Counted from the stretch's first letter, positions 1 through 10,166 are shown. The stretch: DNA of 64,000 nucleotides from a virus (IMGVR_UViG_3300031993_000008:64001-128000), one strand, 5' to 3'. Numbers and translations: made by a program. Notes: generated from the sequence alone by a model not told the origin.

Positions 1-1
1 C

Positions 2-2905
2 ACATCAATAGGTGAAAACCTTGTTGATGCAGTAAAGAAACTTGGTGGTCTCAAGATGGATAAAGATGAGAAAGCCGCAACAATTGACATTGAAGATTCT
101 GAAGGTATCTATGCAGGTGCAAAAACTGAAGAAGAAAAATCATTTATCAATAACATCATATTGAGAGTTCAGGCAATCCTTTCAAAGGATGAGGACAATG
201 CTGCAAAACTGATGACAGAATCATATGTTGCAGAATCTATAGTTGACAACAAGTTCATTGCCTGGTTGGCTGGTTACAAACCAGATGGTACCAAGATGAG
301 TTGGTGGAAGTGTATACTTATTGGTCTCTGCGCATCACTTATTGTATGGATGCTTCCAAAGGTTCTGGTTCTTGCAGGTCTTGGTGGTGCTCTTACAGCA
401 TTTATTGCAGCTCTTGTGGGTCTGACCTGGAACGGTATAGGTATGTTGAGACTTGTATATAGAAGAAACAAGGAAAGAAAACCTGGTGAAAAGTTCTTTG
501 ATAGGAAGACCAGTATCTTCTTCGGACTTTCGCTTATTGCAAACATATTCAGTGCAGCCACATTTGTCAAGACTATTGGTCCTCTTATGAGAGAGATTTG
601 TAACACAATGGGATGGACCGGTGGTGATGATATGAGTAAATTTGGTGAAGCAGTATATGAGATCACAAAGAAGATAAGTCCAAAGAATGCATTTTCAGAA
701 GGTGGATTCAATGAGGTATCAGAAGAGATCCAGAATCTTGGTGGTGATTTCAGAGGAGATGACCTCTTTAAGTCAAAGGATGATGTTCTCAATGCAGTAA
801 AAGAAATGCCTGGTTCAACCGATGCACAGGTAGATGCACTTGACAAGTTCCTTTCAGCACCTCTTGATGCAAAGGGTTCATCTGCTGTTTATGATGCGCT
901 TGAATCATTCAAGGATAATGCAGACCTTCCTTTCACTGCTGTATTTGATACTTCAAAGTGGGGAGGTACTGGTCCTATCAGACAGGCCATTGAAGTATTG
1001 AAGGATCAACTTCCTGAATCAGCAGTCCTTGGTACTATAGGATCTGCTGCAACCCAGGAAGCATCAAAGGGTATGTATGGTTTTGCCAATTTCCTCACAG
1101 GTGTAAACCAGGAACAGGCAAATATGATTTTCCAGAAGGCTGCTGAAATTGCCGGTAAGGATATGGACTTACTCCAGTTACACACATATGGTACAGGTGA
1201 GATTGCAAATGTCATCACAACAGTTGAACCTATCAAGGGACTGTTTGATGTACTTACACCGGATGTTCCATTCCTTCCTATGGTTATGCCATTCTTTGAT
1301 GACAAGAAATGGGGTGAATATAAGATAAGGTTTGCATCAGCAACAAGAGGTGCAGCAGCTTATGTGGTTGACAGGGTTGAAATGTTACCTGCTGACAAGA
1401 TTGAAGGTTCAAGTAAAGCATTTGACACCTTGAAGACTCTCCATAACAATGCATGGGAAGAGTTCAAATCACTTGACATTGAAGACATCAAGGTAAATGA
1501 GGCAAAGGAAAAGGAAGAGAAGAAGGAAATCGAGGAACCACAGTTCATAGCATTCTATATAAAGGTAGAGGAAAAGACTGGAAAGGATGGAGATGAACCA
1601 AAGGAAGGTGAAGAGGAAAAGAAAGAAACAACCGGAGTGGGTGTTGTAATTGATACTCTTACTATGATGTGTGCTGATGTCTGCGATTTCAACGAATCAG
1701 TGGAAATCAGAAGAAGACCACAACCTTACTTTATGAAAGGTCTCCTTTCAAGACTTTCATTCAGACCATTGAAAGATAATGACAATGAAACAAAGGACTA
1801 TATCAGGACAACTCTTGGTCAGACAATGAAGACTCTTGCTTCACAGAATGTTCTTTATGGTATGGGTAAGAAATACATTGACTCAACAGTTGATGGTAAA
1901 AAAGCAAACTTCACAATAAGAAAGGAGATTTTGGGTAGTGACAAGAAAATATCTCCAAATAAGACCACATTTGAACTTGGTAACTTCTCACCTGAAGAAC
2001 TCATCAAGATTCTTACAGATGAAAGCAAGAACAACAAGGTTGCCTATGAATTCCTTGGTGGTGAATATGCATCAAAGGTTTCCGTCAAGACAAATGAGGA
2101 TGGTTCAATCAAGTCAAAATCAGTAATGAAGGATGAATCAACCATTGAGAATGTAAGATATTACAGAGTTTCAAAAGACACATATAATGAATCTATTGAA
2201 AAGTGGAAGAAAGAAGTTAAGAAGTGGGAAAAGGATGGTAAAGAAGGAAAGAAACCTACCAAACCTACATTCATCAAGGGTGATGACAAGGAATATTACA
2301 AGAGGGCATCCAAGAAATTTATGAGTGATCCTGCAAACAAGAGAAAGAGAACATATGATTTTGTTGACATCAGAATCATACCTCTCCTCAAGAAAGGTGA
2401 ACTTTACAAGAAACTCATTGATAATGAGAAGTTCAAGAATATGCTCTACAAGGAAGATGAAGTGAATAATGTAAAACTCAACAAGGAAGTCATCAAGGTT
2501 CTCAAACCATTCCTTTTCAGACCAGAAAAGACATTTGCCAAGGATGATGAATACCAACTTTCACAACTTCTGAAAGACCAGGGTGTAGAAGGTGAGAAAC
2601 TCGGATGGTTCAAGAATCTCTTCAAGGATGAGGAACAGCTTCATGACACATTCAAAGACCTTGTGGAAACAATCTGGGATTACCTGTCAGACAACAGAAG
2701 AAAGGTGTTCAAAGATAAAGACCTCATACCTAATCATGGTAAGAAAGTTGAGGAGGATACTGAATACACACTGTTTGATGAATTGATTGAGGAGTTCTTC
2801 AATGATGAATATGATGAGGAAACAGAATATGAATATGATGTTGACATCATCAGTGAACAGAAAGATGTTCTTTCATTTGAAGATTTCCTGATTGAGAAAT
2901 ATTAA
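2..2905 (+). CDS. Large hypothetical membrane-associated, probably virion protein (5' end lies outside the window)
   Basis: Frame is open from base 2. Hydrophobic segments (ILIGLCASLIVWMLPKVLVLAGLGGALTAFIAALVGL); C-terminal VLSFEDFLIE motif shared with other late proteins. Confidence 0.75.
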   Translation, partial: TSIGENLVDAVKKLGGLKMDKDEKAATIDIEDSEGIYAGAKTEEEKSFINNIILRVQAILSKDEDNAAKLMTESYVAESIVDNKFIAWLAGYKPDGTKMSWWKCILIGLCASLIVWMLPKVLVLAGLGGALTAFIAALVGLTWNGIGMLRLVYRRNKERKPGEKFFDRKTSIFFGLSLIANIFSAATFVKTIGPLMREICNTMGWTGGDDMSKFGEAVYEITKKISPKNAFSEGGFNEVSEEIQNLGGDFRGDDLFKSKDDVLNAVKEMPGSTDAQVDALDKFLSAPLDAKGSSAVYDALESFKDNADLPFTAVFDTSKWGGTGPIRQAIEVLKDQLPESAVLGTIGSAATQEASKGMYGFANFLTGVNQEQANMIFQKAAEIAGKDMDLLQLHTYGTGEIANVITTVEPIKGLFDVLTPDVPFLPMVMPFFDDKKWGEYKIRFASATRGAAAYVVDRVEMLPADKIEGSSKAFDTLKTLHNNAWEEFKSLDIEDIKVNEAKEKEEKKEIEEPQFIAFYIKVEEKTGKDGDEPKEGEEEKKETTGVGVVIDTLTMMCADVCDFNESVEIRRRPQPYFMKGLLSRLSFRPLKDNDNETKDYIRTTLGQTMKTLASQNVLYGMGKKYIDSTVDGKKANFTIRKEILGSDKKISPNKTTFELGNFSPEELIKILTDESKNNKVAYEFLGGEYASKVSVKTNEDGSIKSKSVMKDESTIENVRYYRVSKDTYNESIEKWKKEVKKWEKDGKEGKKPTKPTFIKGDDKEYYKRASKKFMSDPANKRKRTYDFVDIRIIPLLKKGELYKKLIDNEKFKNMLYKEDEVNNVKLNKEVIKVLKPFLFRPEKTFAKDDEYQLSQLLKDQGVEGEKLGWFKNLFKDEEQLHDTFKDLVETIWDYLSDNRRKVFKDKDLIPNHGKKVEEDTEYTLFDELIEEFFNDEYDEETEYEYDVDIISEQKDVLSFEDFLIEKY

Positions 2906-2908
2906 AAG

Positions 2909-2939
2909 AAAGGGTGAGAATCAAATCTCACCCTTTTTT
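2909..2939. terminator. Bidirectional rho-independent terminator
   Basis: AAAGGGTGAGA-atcaaa-TCTCACCCTTT flanked by A and T tracts, between convergent genes. Confidence 0.8.
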
Positions 2940-3066
2940 ATATTCATAATAAGATATTTCTTTTTGAACATCCAATACTTTCGCCATTCTTTTGATCTGG
3001 CATAATGTATCAGTTCCCACCGCTGCCACCAACAAAGTAATGACCACTGACCTTTAAGATTCATAA

Positions 3067-3270
3067 TTACTCCCTGTAATCATCATATATCTCTATAGAT
3101 CCATATTTTATAGAAACAATCAATTTATCACCGCCAGCCTCTTCCAACTTCTTCAAGTCATCAAGACTGTCAATATTGATCTTGTATCTATAACCATACT
3201 GCTTATCAATCTCTGTAATACCAGGATAATCAATCTCCTTACCTGATGTGCGATGTAATGTAAATTCCAT
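3067..3270 (-). CDS. Small hypothetical early protein
   Basis: 67 aa ATG ORF directly downstream of 3272..3436; ends IEIYDDYRE. Confidence 0.75.
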   Translation of the reverse strand: MEFTLHRTSGKEIDYPGITEIDKQYGYRYKINIDSLDDLKKLEEAGGDKLIVSIKYGSIEIYDDYRE

Positions 3271-3271
3271 T

Positions 3272-3436
3272 TTAATATGCTTCTAATCTTATTGAATAAA
3301 GTTTGTTCTGCATCTTAAGAAGAGCAAGTTTATAACCAATTGCCTGATCATCATTGTCTAAATGAAGATTCTCATCCAACAACTTCTGGATCTCATCAAT
3401 TGCCAAATTGAGAGTATTTCTGTCGGGTTTTGCCAT
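3272..3436 (-). CDS. Small hypothetical early protein (54 aa, not in ORF track)
   Basis: MAKPDRNTLNLAIDEIQKLLDENLHLDNDDQAIGYKLALLKMQNKLYSIRLEAY; directly behind a host-type promoter. Confidence 0.7.
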   Translation of the reverse strand: MAKPDRNTLNLAIDEIQKLLDENLHLDNDDQAIGYKLALLKMQNKLYSIRLEAY

Positions 3437-3460
3437 ATTAAGTATGTTTTAATTTCAATA

Positions 3461-3492
3461 CAAAGATAATGGATTTTTCTGATATATCCAAA
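3461..3492 (-). promoter_or_regulatory. Bacteroidota primary-sigma (host-type, early) promoter
   Basis: Minus strand TTTG-N20-TATCTTTG matches the Bacteroides -33 TTTG / -7 TAnnTTTG consensus. Confidence 0.75.
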
Positions 3493-3530
3493 TAAAAACC
3501 CAGGATTTTTTTATCCTGGGTTCATTTTTT

Positions 3531-4730
3531 TTAATCATCCATATCTCCATCATCCGGAATATCATCCTCTTCAAAAACCTTCTCAATATTGTTTCCACTA
3601 TCAGCATACCTGAACTCAGACTTGATATATTCATCAAGTTTCTGGAGTCTTTCCTTTGTAAATGCCTTTGCTGTGAATAACTGGTTAAGAGGAATGGTTG
3701 TACCATCATCCAGACAGAATCCTCTTGCTGTTTCAGAAGGAACAAAGTACTGGACTGTACCATTTGCATCACATTTGATATATTCAGGTTTAGGATCCTT
3801 CTCATATTCCTTCTCTGTAATGAACTTACCTCTCTGGATACCACATCTCTCAAATGAGATATAATCCTGCAAACCAACATAAGGATTCATACCATTTATA
3901 TAAGAGATATAGAACTTAACCTCAACAGGTTTACAGAACCTGTTCTTATCAGGTTTGGCAGTAACAATGATACCTGTCTGTGTATTATCTGAACCTTCCT
4001 TAAGTTTGGCCTTTGAAAGATTCAAGACTATACTTGCACCATAGACAAGACCCTTACCACCAGATTGTATCTTGGTAGGAACATATGAATCAGTGGCATC
4101 ATACACATGGTTGGAGAAAGCGAATGTACCTCCTATCACTCCCATCTTCTGCATCAGGATTCTGAATATTGACCTAATCTGTTTTGCCTTGGTCATATCT
4201 GATTTGTCATTACCTGCCTTGGCATCATCAATCTCCTTCTGGGTTGCAAGGTTACCAACTGAATCCAGGATGAAAAGAACCTTTGGGATGTTCATACCTG
4301 CCTCCTTCTTTTCAATAAGAAGTTCAACAGTCTGTGTAATATTGGTCTTGAATTCCTGAACAGTACCAACAGGTTCATAACGGAATTTTGAGGGGTCTAC
4401 ACCAAACTGTACTATTTGTGATTTTTCAATTGCATTCTCTGAATCATACCAGATAACAAAAATGTCCTTCTTTTGTGCCTCTCTTGCAATATTGAGAAGA
4501 AGATATGTCTTACCAGTGCCAGGATCTCCACTCAAACATATTGACCTGTTGTTGGGAACACCTCCGAAAAGACTACCAGTGAGACATGCATTACAGGCAT
4601 AGTTACCTACGGGTATATATTCGGTGATTGCCGAAACACCAGCACCATCAGACATAAGTCCTCCCCACTTGGAGTTCTTACTCATTTCCTTATTTAAATC
4701 TGCAAAACTAAAATCTCCACCTTTTGCCAT
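3531..4730 (-). CDS. uvsX: UvsX/RecA-like recombinase
   Basis: Walker A GDPGTGKT, YDSENA, Walker B FILDSVGNL, SGGKGLVYGAS, KNRF. Likely start is MAKGG at 4730, downstream of the promoter. Confidence 0.9.
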   Translation of the reverse strand: MAKGGDFSFADLNKEMSKNSKWGGLMSDGAGVSAITEYIPVGNYACNACLTGSLFGGVPNNRSICLSGDPGTGKTYLLLNIAREAQKKDIFVIWYDSENAIEKSQIVQFGVDPSKFRYEPVGTVQEFKTNITQTVELLIEKKEAGMNIPKVLFILDSVGNLATQKEIDDAKAGNDKSDMTKAKQIRSIFRILMQKMGVIGGTFAFSNHVYDATDSYVPTKIQSGGKGLVYGASIVLNLSKAKLKEGSDNTQTGIIVTAKPDKNRFCKPVEVKFYISYINGMNPYVGLQDYISFERCGIQRGKFITEKEYEKDPKPEYIKCDANGTVQYFVPSETARGFCLDDGTTIPLNQLFTAKAFTKERLQKLDEYIKSEFRYADSGNNIEKVFEEDDIPDDGDMDD

Positions 4731-4757
4731 AAACTTAACTATTAAAATATTATATAC

Positions 4758-4770
4758 TAAATATAACAAA
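4758..4770 (-). promoter_or_regulatory. Putative phage middle promoter TTTGTTATATTTA
   Basis: One of 13 intergenic copies, each oriented toward a downstream gene. Confidence 0.7.
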
Positions 4771-4783
4771 AAAAGAGGATGAA

Positions 4784-5338
4784 TTACTCACCCTCCTTCT
4801 TTGCTTTTTTCTTTTTCTTCTTTTTAATCTCTTTCTTGTCTGTAAGTTTGAACTCCTTACTCGGGTCAACCACAACCTTGGCCCTGGACATAAAGTCCTT
4901 ACAGAGTAGCATCCTACTCCTGTAGGTCTTAGTTCCTGACAAATCAGAAATCTTCAGGTCAACCAGTTCATCCTTGTATTCCTTTCCATTGAACTTGATG
5001 TCAACCTTTATGACCGGTCTTTCAGTTGCCTTTCCATGATGCCAAATTTTGATATGTTTCACAATATCATACTCTTTCTTCTCATCATTGAAATCAAATG
5101 AAACCTTACCATCCTTCTCTTCAAAGTCCTGGACTATGATAGCATTGTAAGCAGTGTTACCGGTATCAAGTTTTGCCTTCATCTTTCCAAGACCGATAAC
5201 CTCAATTACCTCCTTGAATCCGGAAACCTCCTTGCCATCATGTGTTTCCTTTGATGTAGGATGAACAGGAGTTTCAGGTATAAAGGATTCCACCTTCACA
5301 CCTCTACTCTTTATATATTCATCAAATTTCTTTAACAT
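4784..5338 (-). CDS. RimK-associated retropepsin-like protease (RimB/PF05618-like)
   Basis: KAKLDTGN catalytic motif, ERPVIKVDIKFNG, MLLCKDFM..VVVDPS; next to RimK. Confidence 0.75.
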   Translation of the reverse strand: MLKKFDEYIKSRGVKVESFIPETPVHPTSKETHDGKEVSGFKEVIEVIGLGKMKAKLDTGNTAYNAIIVQDFEEKDGKVSFDFNDEKKEYDIVKHIKIWHHGKATERPVIKVDIKFNGKEYKDELVDLKISDLSGTKTYRSRMLLCKDFMSRAKVVVDPSKEFKLTDKKEIKKKKKKKAKKEGE

Positions 5339-5351
5339 AATATTATTGAAT

Positions 5352-5507
5352 TTATTTAAATCCTAATTGGTCTTTATTGGATGTGATTTTACCATTACCA
5401 CTTTCCTGCCAAAGTTTTTTCACCTCAGCAACCTTCTGCTTGAATTCTCTTCTCAACTTCTGTTTCAAAGAAAGCGGTGTTGAATCATTATGACAATTAC
5501 ATCCCAT
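5352..5507 (-). CDS. Small hypothetical protein (51 aa, MGCNCHN...; not in ORF track)
   Basis: ATG abuts the RimK stop (TAAATG) and the ORF fills the gap to the protease gene. Confidence 0.6.
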   Translation of the reverse strand: MGCNCHNDSTPLSLKQKLRREFKQKVAEVKKLWQESGNGKITSNKDQLGFK

Positions 5508-7295
5508 TTAATCTACCTTATTATATGGTGCCAGGTCAACCTCATGACCATAGAAGGCTTCTATCACACCAGCAACCTTACATGCATTCTCAAATGAGAT
5601 TGTATCATTGTTGAAGTAAGCATAATTCTCTTTACACTCAATGAGTTCATTTCCCTTGTAACTCAATGTCCAGTTATCCTTACTTTCATTTACACTCTCA
5701 ATCTTCCAGTTGTCATTCTCATATACTGACTGTTTACCCTGGATGAATCTTGTGATGAGTTTCCTCAATCCACCAAGTCTGATGTTCTCACCTTCTTCTA
5801 TTATCTTACTTTCATTTAACATAACACTTTCATCAAGTTTCTCAACAGGTACATCAAATCCTGTGGTGTTGTCTGTGAGGATGAATGAGTTCTCTACTAC
5901 AACAGCCTTGTCTGAAATTCTGTGAAGCAGCTTACTACCACCTATTGCAATATTGATATTGATATTGTCATTTACAGTCTTCAAGACAACAAGTTCATTC
6001 TTGTATATGGTACCATTGAACCTGATGTTCATCTCAACCATAGGATCTCCCTTTCTCATACCTGAAAGTTCCATCTTGTAAGTGACACCATTGAATACGA
6101 ATGTCACGTCATCGTCCTTCGCATTTACTGAACTACACTGGAGTTCTGTGAATGTCTTGTTGTCATCAAACTTCATAGCAGCATCAACACCATCACCCAA
6201 ATCCTTGAAAGTGACAGTTTCATACTTACCAATCTGATCTGAATCATACTTGGTGTACTTGAAGTCCTTGAACATATCCATCAATGTACCTACAACATCA
6301 TCACCGGCAGCAGTTGTAATACCCTTGGTACCAGGAGATGAGTTCACCTCAATCACATATGACTGCTTTGTCCTGGAATCCATAATAAGGTCAACACCGG
6401 CCCAACGACAACCTGTTGCCTTGGCTGCCATCTTTGCAATCTTCTCCTGTTCTGATGTAAGATGACCCTTCTCTGCTGTTGAACCCAGTGAGTAGTTACT
6501 TCTGAAATCGCCGGCAAGCTGGTTTCTCTGCATACATCCGATAATCTCAAAATTGTCAATACCTGGGGTCATCCTTTCAAATCCCCTATAGAGTACATGG
6601 ATACGGAGGTCATAATCTGAATTGATTTTCTCCTGGAGAAGAATATCTGCCTTTGGTACAAGTGCAAATATTGCCTGAAGGACAGATTTAAGTGAAATCA
6701 TTGAATCTATCTGGGCAACACCAATACCCTGTGTTCCCTTTGTAATCTTGATGATAAGAGGAAAACCACCACCTACAGCAGCAACCTTATCTTCAAGTTT
6801 GTTCATTGAAGAGTTGGTAACAACAGCGGTCTTTGGTGTAGGAACACCGGCAGCTTTAAGTTTCTTGTATGTGATGAACTTATCCTCACAGTTGTCAATT
6901 GCATCAAGAGTATTCAATACAAAGAATCCGTCATTCTGGAGTTCAGTAAGGAAATCCCTTGACTCGATATTCTTCAAAACTGTTCTTCTTGGAACAATGA
7001 TGGTGTTGTTTGGATTGAGGGTGAAAGTCTTTTTTGTTTCACCATTCTCAACTACATTGTAATCATCATCACTACCCTTTGAGATTGTAGATGAAGAAGG
7101 ATCAATTGTGACCAATTTCAATCCTGCCTTTTTGGCTGCCTCCTCAAAGAAAAACATTGAATTGGAACTCTTTGTGGTCTTTTCTGCCCTACTTGACAAG
7201 AAAACAACCTGGATGTTCTTTGCTTTCTTACTTTCATTAAGAGGAGCATATCCTTTACTTGAATATTTCATAGTCATAAATGTATATAATTTCAA
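5508..7295 (-). CDS. rimK: RimK-family ATP-grasp ligase fused to a degenerate protease-like domain
   Basis: DKFITY..GVPTPKT, PLIIKITKGTQGIGV, LLQEKI..DLRIHV, FRSNYSLG, AGVDLI..VIEVNSSPG. Confidence 0.85.
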   Translation of the reverse strand: MKLYTFMTMKYSSKGYAPLNESKKAKNIQVVFLSSRAEKTTKSSNSMFFFEEAAKKAGLKLVTIDPSSSTISKGSDDDYNVVENGETKKTFTLNPNNTIIVPRRTVLKNIESRDFLTELQNDGFFVLNTLDAIDNCEDKFITYKKLKAAGVPTPKTAVVTNSSMNKLEDKVAAVGGGFPLIIKITKGTQGIGVAQIDSMISLKSVLQAIFALVPKADILLQEKINSDYDLRIHVLYRGFERMTPGIDNFEIIGCMQRNQLAGDFRSNYSLGSTAEKGHLTSEQEKIAKMAAKATGCRWAGVDLIMDSRTKQSYVIEVNSSPGTKGITTAAGDDVVGTLMDMFKDFKYTKYDSDQIGKYETVTFKDLGDGVDAAMKFDDNKTFTELQCSSVNAKDDDVTFVFNGVTYKMELSGMRKGDPMVEMNIRFNGTIYKNELVVLKTVNDNININIAIGGSKLLHRISDKAVVVENSFILTDNTTGFDVPVEKLDESVMLNESKIIEEGENIRLGGLRKLITRFIQGKQSVYENDNWKIESVNESKDNWTLSYKGNELIECKENYAYFNNDTISFENACKVAGVIEAFYGHEVDLAPYNKVD

Positions 7296-7300
7296 TATAG

Positions 7301-7308
7301 TATTTATG
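7301..7308 (-). promoter_or_regulatory. Late promoter CATAAATA (T4 gp55-type TATAAATA variant), fused to the upstream terminator
   Basis: Recurs upstream of most structural genes; hairpin GAGTGAGA-atcaa-TCTCACTC at about 7314-7334. Confidence 0.7.
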
Positions 7309-7337
7309 AAAAAGAGTGAGAATCAATCTCACTCCCT

Positions 7338-9269
7338 TTATCTTCTATCCATCTGGTTGTATGTCCTGTCAACATACTCTCTGAAATCATCCACATAGTC
7401 ATAAACCTTTGCATTTGGTGAATGTACACAAGGTTCATCTTCCTTCCTGAATTTCTTTGATTTCTTCTTTTTCTTCTTTATCTGTTTAAGGAACATTGTA
7501 TATGGTGCAACCTGGTGGTAAACTATTCCTGTTGGTGATGGAAGGTCTCCTGATCCAGGCTCACCATTTGGACCTGGAAAATAAGCAGCACCCATTCCAC
7601 CCACACTGGCAGGTGTGGCACCACCCGGAACACCCTCACATTCATTTGTGATATTTTTTTGTCTTTCTGCCTCTTCCATTTCAACATATCCTGAAAGTCT
7701 GTCTGACAATTCATCAGCCCAATAGTTCCTGACATAATTCAATATACCTTCAATGTTGGCATCCTGTGACACAACACCCTCTCTGTCATTACTTTCAATA
7801 TAATCACAAAGACCATCAAGTGAAAACTCATAATCATCATATACTATCCTAGTAGCATAAAAAACAAGGAACTGTTCAAGATTATCCATATCTTCAAATG
7901 ATAACTCATCCTCCTTCTTTATTTTCTCACCACTACCCCTGTCCAATATACCTTTCCAGACTGATTCATTTGTAGGATGCCATGCAACATATTCTGTCAT
8001 CTTTTCCTCCCATGTGAGGTCACCCCACATATCACTTGGATTGACATAGTTGTCTTCACATCCTCTGGAGTATAATACATCCATTCTATCACTTTCATCC
8101 AATGAATCTGCCCACCAAGTATCAAGTGTATCATCTATGGTCTTACCTGGTTGCTTCTCAAAACCTATTTTCTTTATTTTCTCATTTTCTGAATTAATCT
8201 CCTCATCTATGACTTTTTTAACTTTTCCCCAACATCTCTTGGCAAAATCAACCTTCCTCACTACATATTCCTTTGCTTTATTGTCAATGATGTTCCATCT
8301 TTCCTTGCAGAACCTTTCAAAGTCATAGAGGATGTTTTTGTACTGTTCATAATACACTATCCTTTCCACAAATGACCTGATGTCATATTTAATGTCATCA
8401 ACAGTAAGGTCATCCTCCTTTCTTACACTGTCTCCTGAACCCCTGTCAAGCATACCACCCCAGGTTGATTCATTCACATATTGACTGTTCAGGGAATCGA
8501 CAACATCATCAATTTGCTTATTTAAATTATCAATCGCATCTTCTATGGCAGGAAGTACAGTATCATCCCAGTGTTCTTTGGTGTAGTCCAGGAGATCATC
8601 CATATTGTAATCAATTGATGACACCCTTGGTTTATCCTTATAATCTTTTATAAAGGCTTTGAATTCAGAATAACTACCCACAGTATAATCATGTGTGTAT
8701 TCTATTGCTGCAAATATTTCTATATATGCAGAAAGGGCGTTCAGAAGATTTTCTGATATTTTGTCTTCTTTCCTTTTGTCATCTCCTCTACCTCTGTCAA
8801 GTATTCCACCCCAGGCGGATTCATTGACAAGCATATTATCTTTATTATTCAAAAAGAATTCAATTACATCTATGTATGTCTTATTGGTACAAGTACCATC
8901 TTCTTCTTTTATAACTCTTCTACATGTACCTATATTTTCTACATTAAACTTTTCTGATAAAGCCCACAAAAATGAGTGTCTTATTTTTACACCTACACCA
9001 GACCAAGACAACACAATATGATCCATTTCACCATCCTCATTATAAATGGTCTTTAATGATATATTACCTATTATATCAACACAAATTTCCCATGAATTGA
9101 ATTTACCTGTATACTTATCTAAATAAAATATCCTTTTCTCATATTTGGACTTGATATAATCATAAAGACCATCAACATCAAGGAGATTGATATCATCCTC
9201 CTTTCTGATAGTCTCTCCTGTACCCCTATCAAGGACATCACCCCAGACTGATTCACTGATTTTCTTCAT
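7338..9269 (-). CDS. Modular polyprotein with four ESxWGxxLDRGxG repeats (putative internal head protein)
   Basis: Motif at the N-terminus and three internal positions, each internal copy preceded by NE; late promoter at 9275-9282. Confidence 0.85.
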   Translation of the reverse strand: MKKISESVWGDVLDRGTGETIRKEDDINLLDVDGLYDYIKSKYEKRIFYLDKYTGKFNSWEICVDIIGNISLKTIYNEDGEMDHIVLSWSGVGVKIRHSFLWALSEKFNVENIGTCRRVIKEEDGTCTNKTYIDVIEFFLNNKDNMLVNESAWGGILDRGRGDDKRKEDKISENLLNALSAYIEIFAAIEYTHDYTVGSYSEFKAFIKDYKDKPRVSSIDYNMDDLLDYTKEHWDDTVLPAIEDAIDNLNKQIDDVVDSLNSQYVNESTWGGMLDRGSGDSVRKEDDLTVDDIKYDIRSFVERIVYYEQYKNILYDFERFCKERWNIIDNKAKEYVVRKVDFAKRCWGKVKKVIDEEINSENEKIKKIGFEKQPGKTIDDTLDTWWADSLDESDRMDVLYSRGCEDNYVNPSDMWGDLTWEEKMTEYVAWHPTNESVWKGILDRGSGEKIKKEDELSFEDMDNLEQFLVFYATRIVYDDYEFSLDGLCDYIESNDREGVVSQDANIEGILNYVRNYWADELSDRLSGYVEMEEAERQKNITNECEGVPGGATPASVGGMGAAYFPGPNGEPGSGDLPSPTGIVYHQVAPYTMFLKQIKKKKKKSKKFRKEDEPCVHSPNAKVYDYVDDFREYVDRTYNQMDRR

Positions 9270-9296
9270 AATAATATTTATGAAAAAAGGTGAGAA

Positions 9297-10163
9297 TCAC
9301 TTCTCACCTTTCAGTATCTTATCCAGTACATTGTCTGGAATCTTGTCTATATAAATCCTCTCATATGTTCCGTCATCCTTCAACCATATCAGTACCCTGT
9401 CAATAATCTTGATTCCTATTGATTCAAGGAGTCTCTGATATATATTGAACTGGAGTATGTAATGTGAAAGAGGTTCATCAACATACTTTGACACACACCC
9501 CTTCATCATAATCCCATTCTGTCTGTTATAATCCTTAATGAGAGACTTGTTGGTCTTCCAGTCCATAATGACATATGCATCATTGTCACTGTCATAAAAC
9601 AGAAGGTCACATGTACCGCAAATTCTCCTCACATCTTTTATATATTCTGTTGACAGTTTGAACTCCGCACCTACAGGATGATAGTTGGATTCCAGTTCAT
9701 CATAGAATTTCTTTATTGCTTCCTCCTTTGGATAAGTTGGAACCATTGTGTTGAATTCCTCAATATACTGTGACTTGTTTTCCTCACATATAAGTTCAGG
9801 ATGACCACACAGGACATTGGTATATGATTCACCGAAACAGTGTGTCCTGGTACCGGAGATTGTGGATTTCAGGTTGTTGAGTTTCCATTCCTTCTGTACT
9901 TCAGACTTCACCTTTTTCCACTTAAGCGCATAATCAGTTGCCTTCTGATCCCAATCAACTTCCGGTTCATATTCCTTGATTATATTACTTACAGGTGTAT
10001 ATTCCTCTTCCCCTATGAAGTACCTGTGACTATCCTCAAAGAACTCTATATCACCAAACTTGTCAAGTATGAGATCTCTGCATGCACTTACAACAGAATC
10101 AATCTTATTCTTATCCTGCACCTTCTTTTCAAAGGTGTTATTGAAAATATCATCAAAATCCAT
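9297..10163 (-). CDS. PD-(D/E)XK exonuclease (RecB/Cas4-like)
   Basis: GTRTH, ICGTCDLLF..IMDWKT, YILQFNIY motifs. Confidence 0.8.
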   Translation of the reverse strand: MDFDDIFNNTFEKKVQDKNKIDSVVSACRDLILDKFGDIEFFEDSHRYFIGEEEYTPVSNIIKEYEPEVDWDQKATDYALKWKKVKSEVQKEWKLNNLKSTISGTRTHCFGESYTNVLCGHPELICEENKSQYIEEFNTMVPTYPKEEAIKKFYDELESNYHPVGAEFKLSTEYIKDVRRICGTCDLLFYDSDNDAYVIMDWKTNKSLIKDYNRQNGIMMKGCVSKYVDEPLSHYILQFNIYQRLLESIGIKIIDRVLIWLKDDGTYERIYIDKIPDNVLDKILKGEK

Positions 10164-10166
10164 AAT

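Noticed and set aside
2921-3064. 47-aa Trp-rich ORF (MNLKGQW...) on the minus strand
   Set aside because: Could be a third early gene, but it is short, runs into the terminator and has no supporting motif.
9297-10163. Cas4 of a CRISPR system
   Set aside because: No four-Cys Fe-S cluster pattern, no array or cas genes; a common phage PD-(D/E)XK exonuclease.
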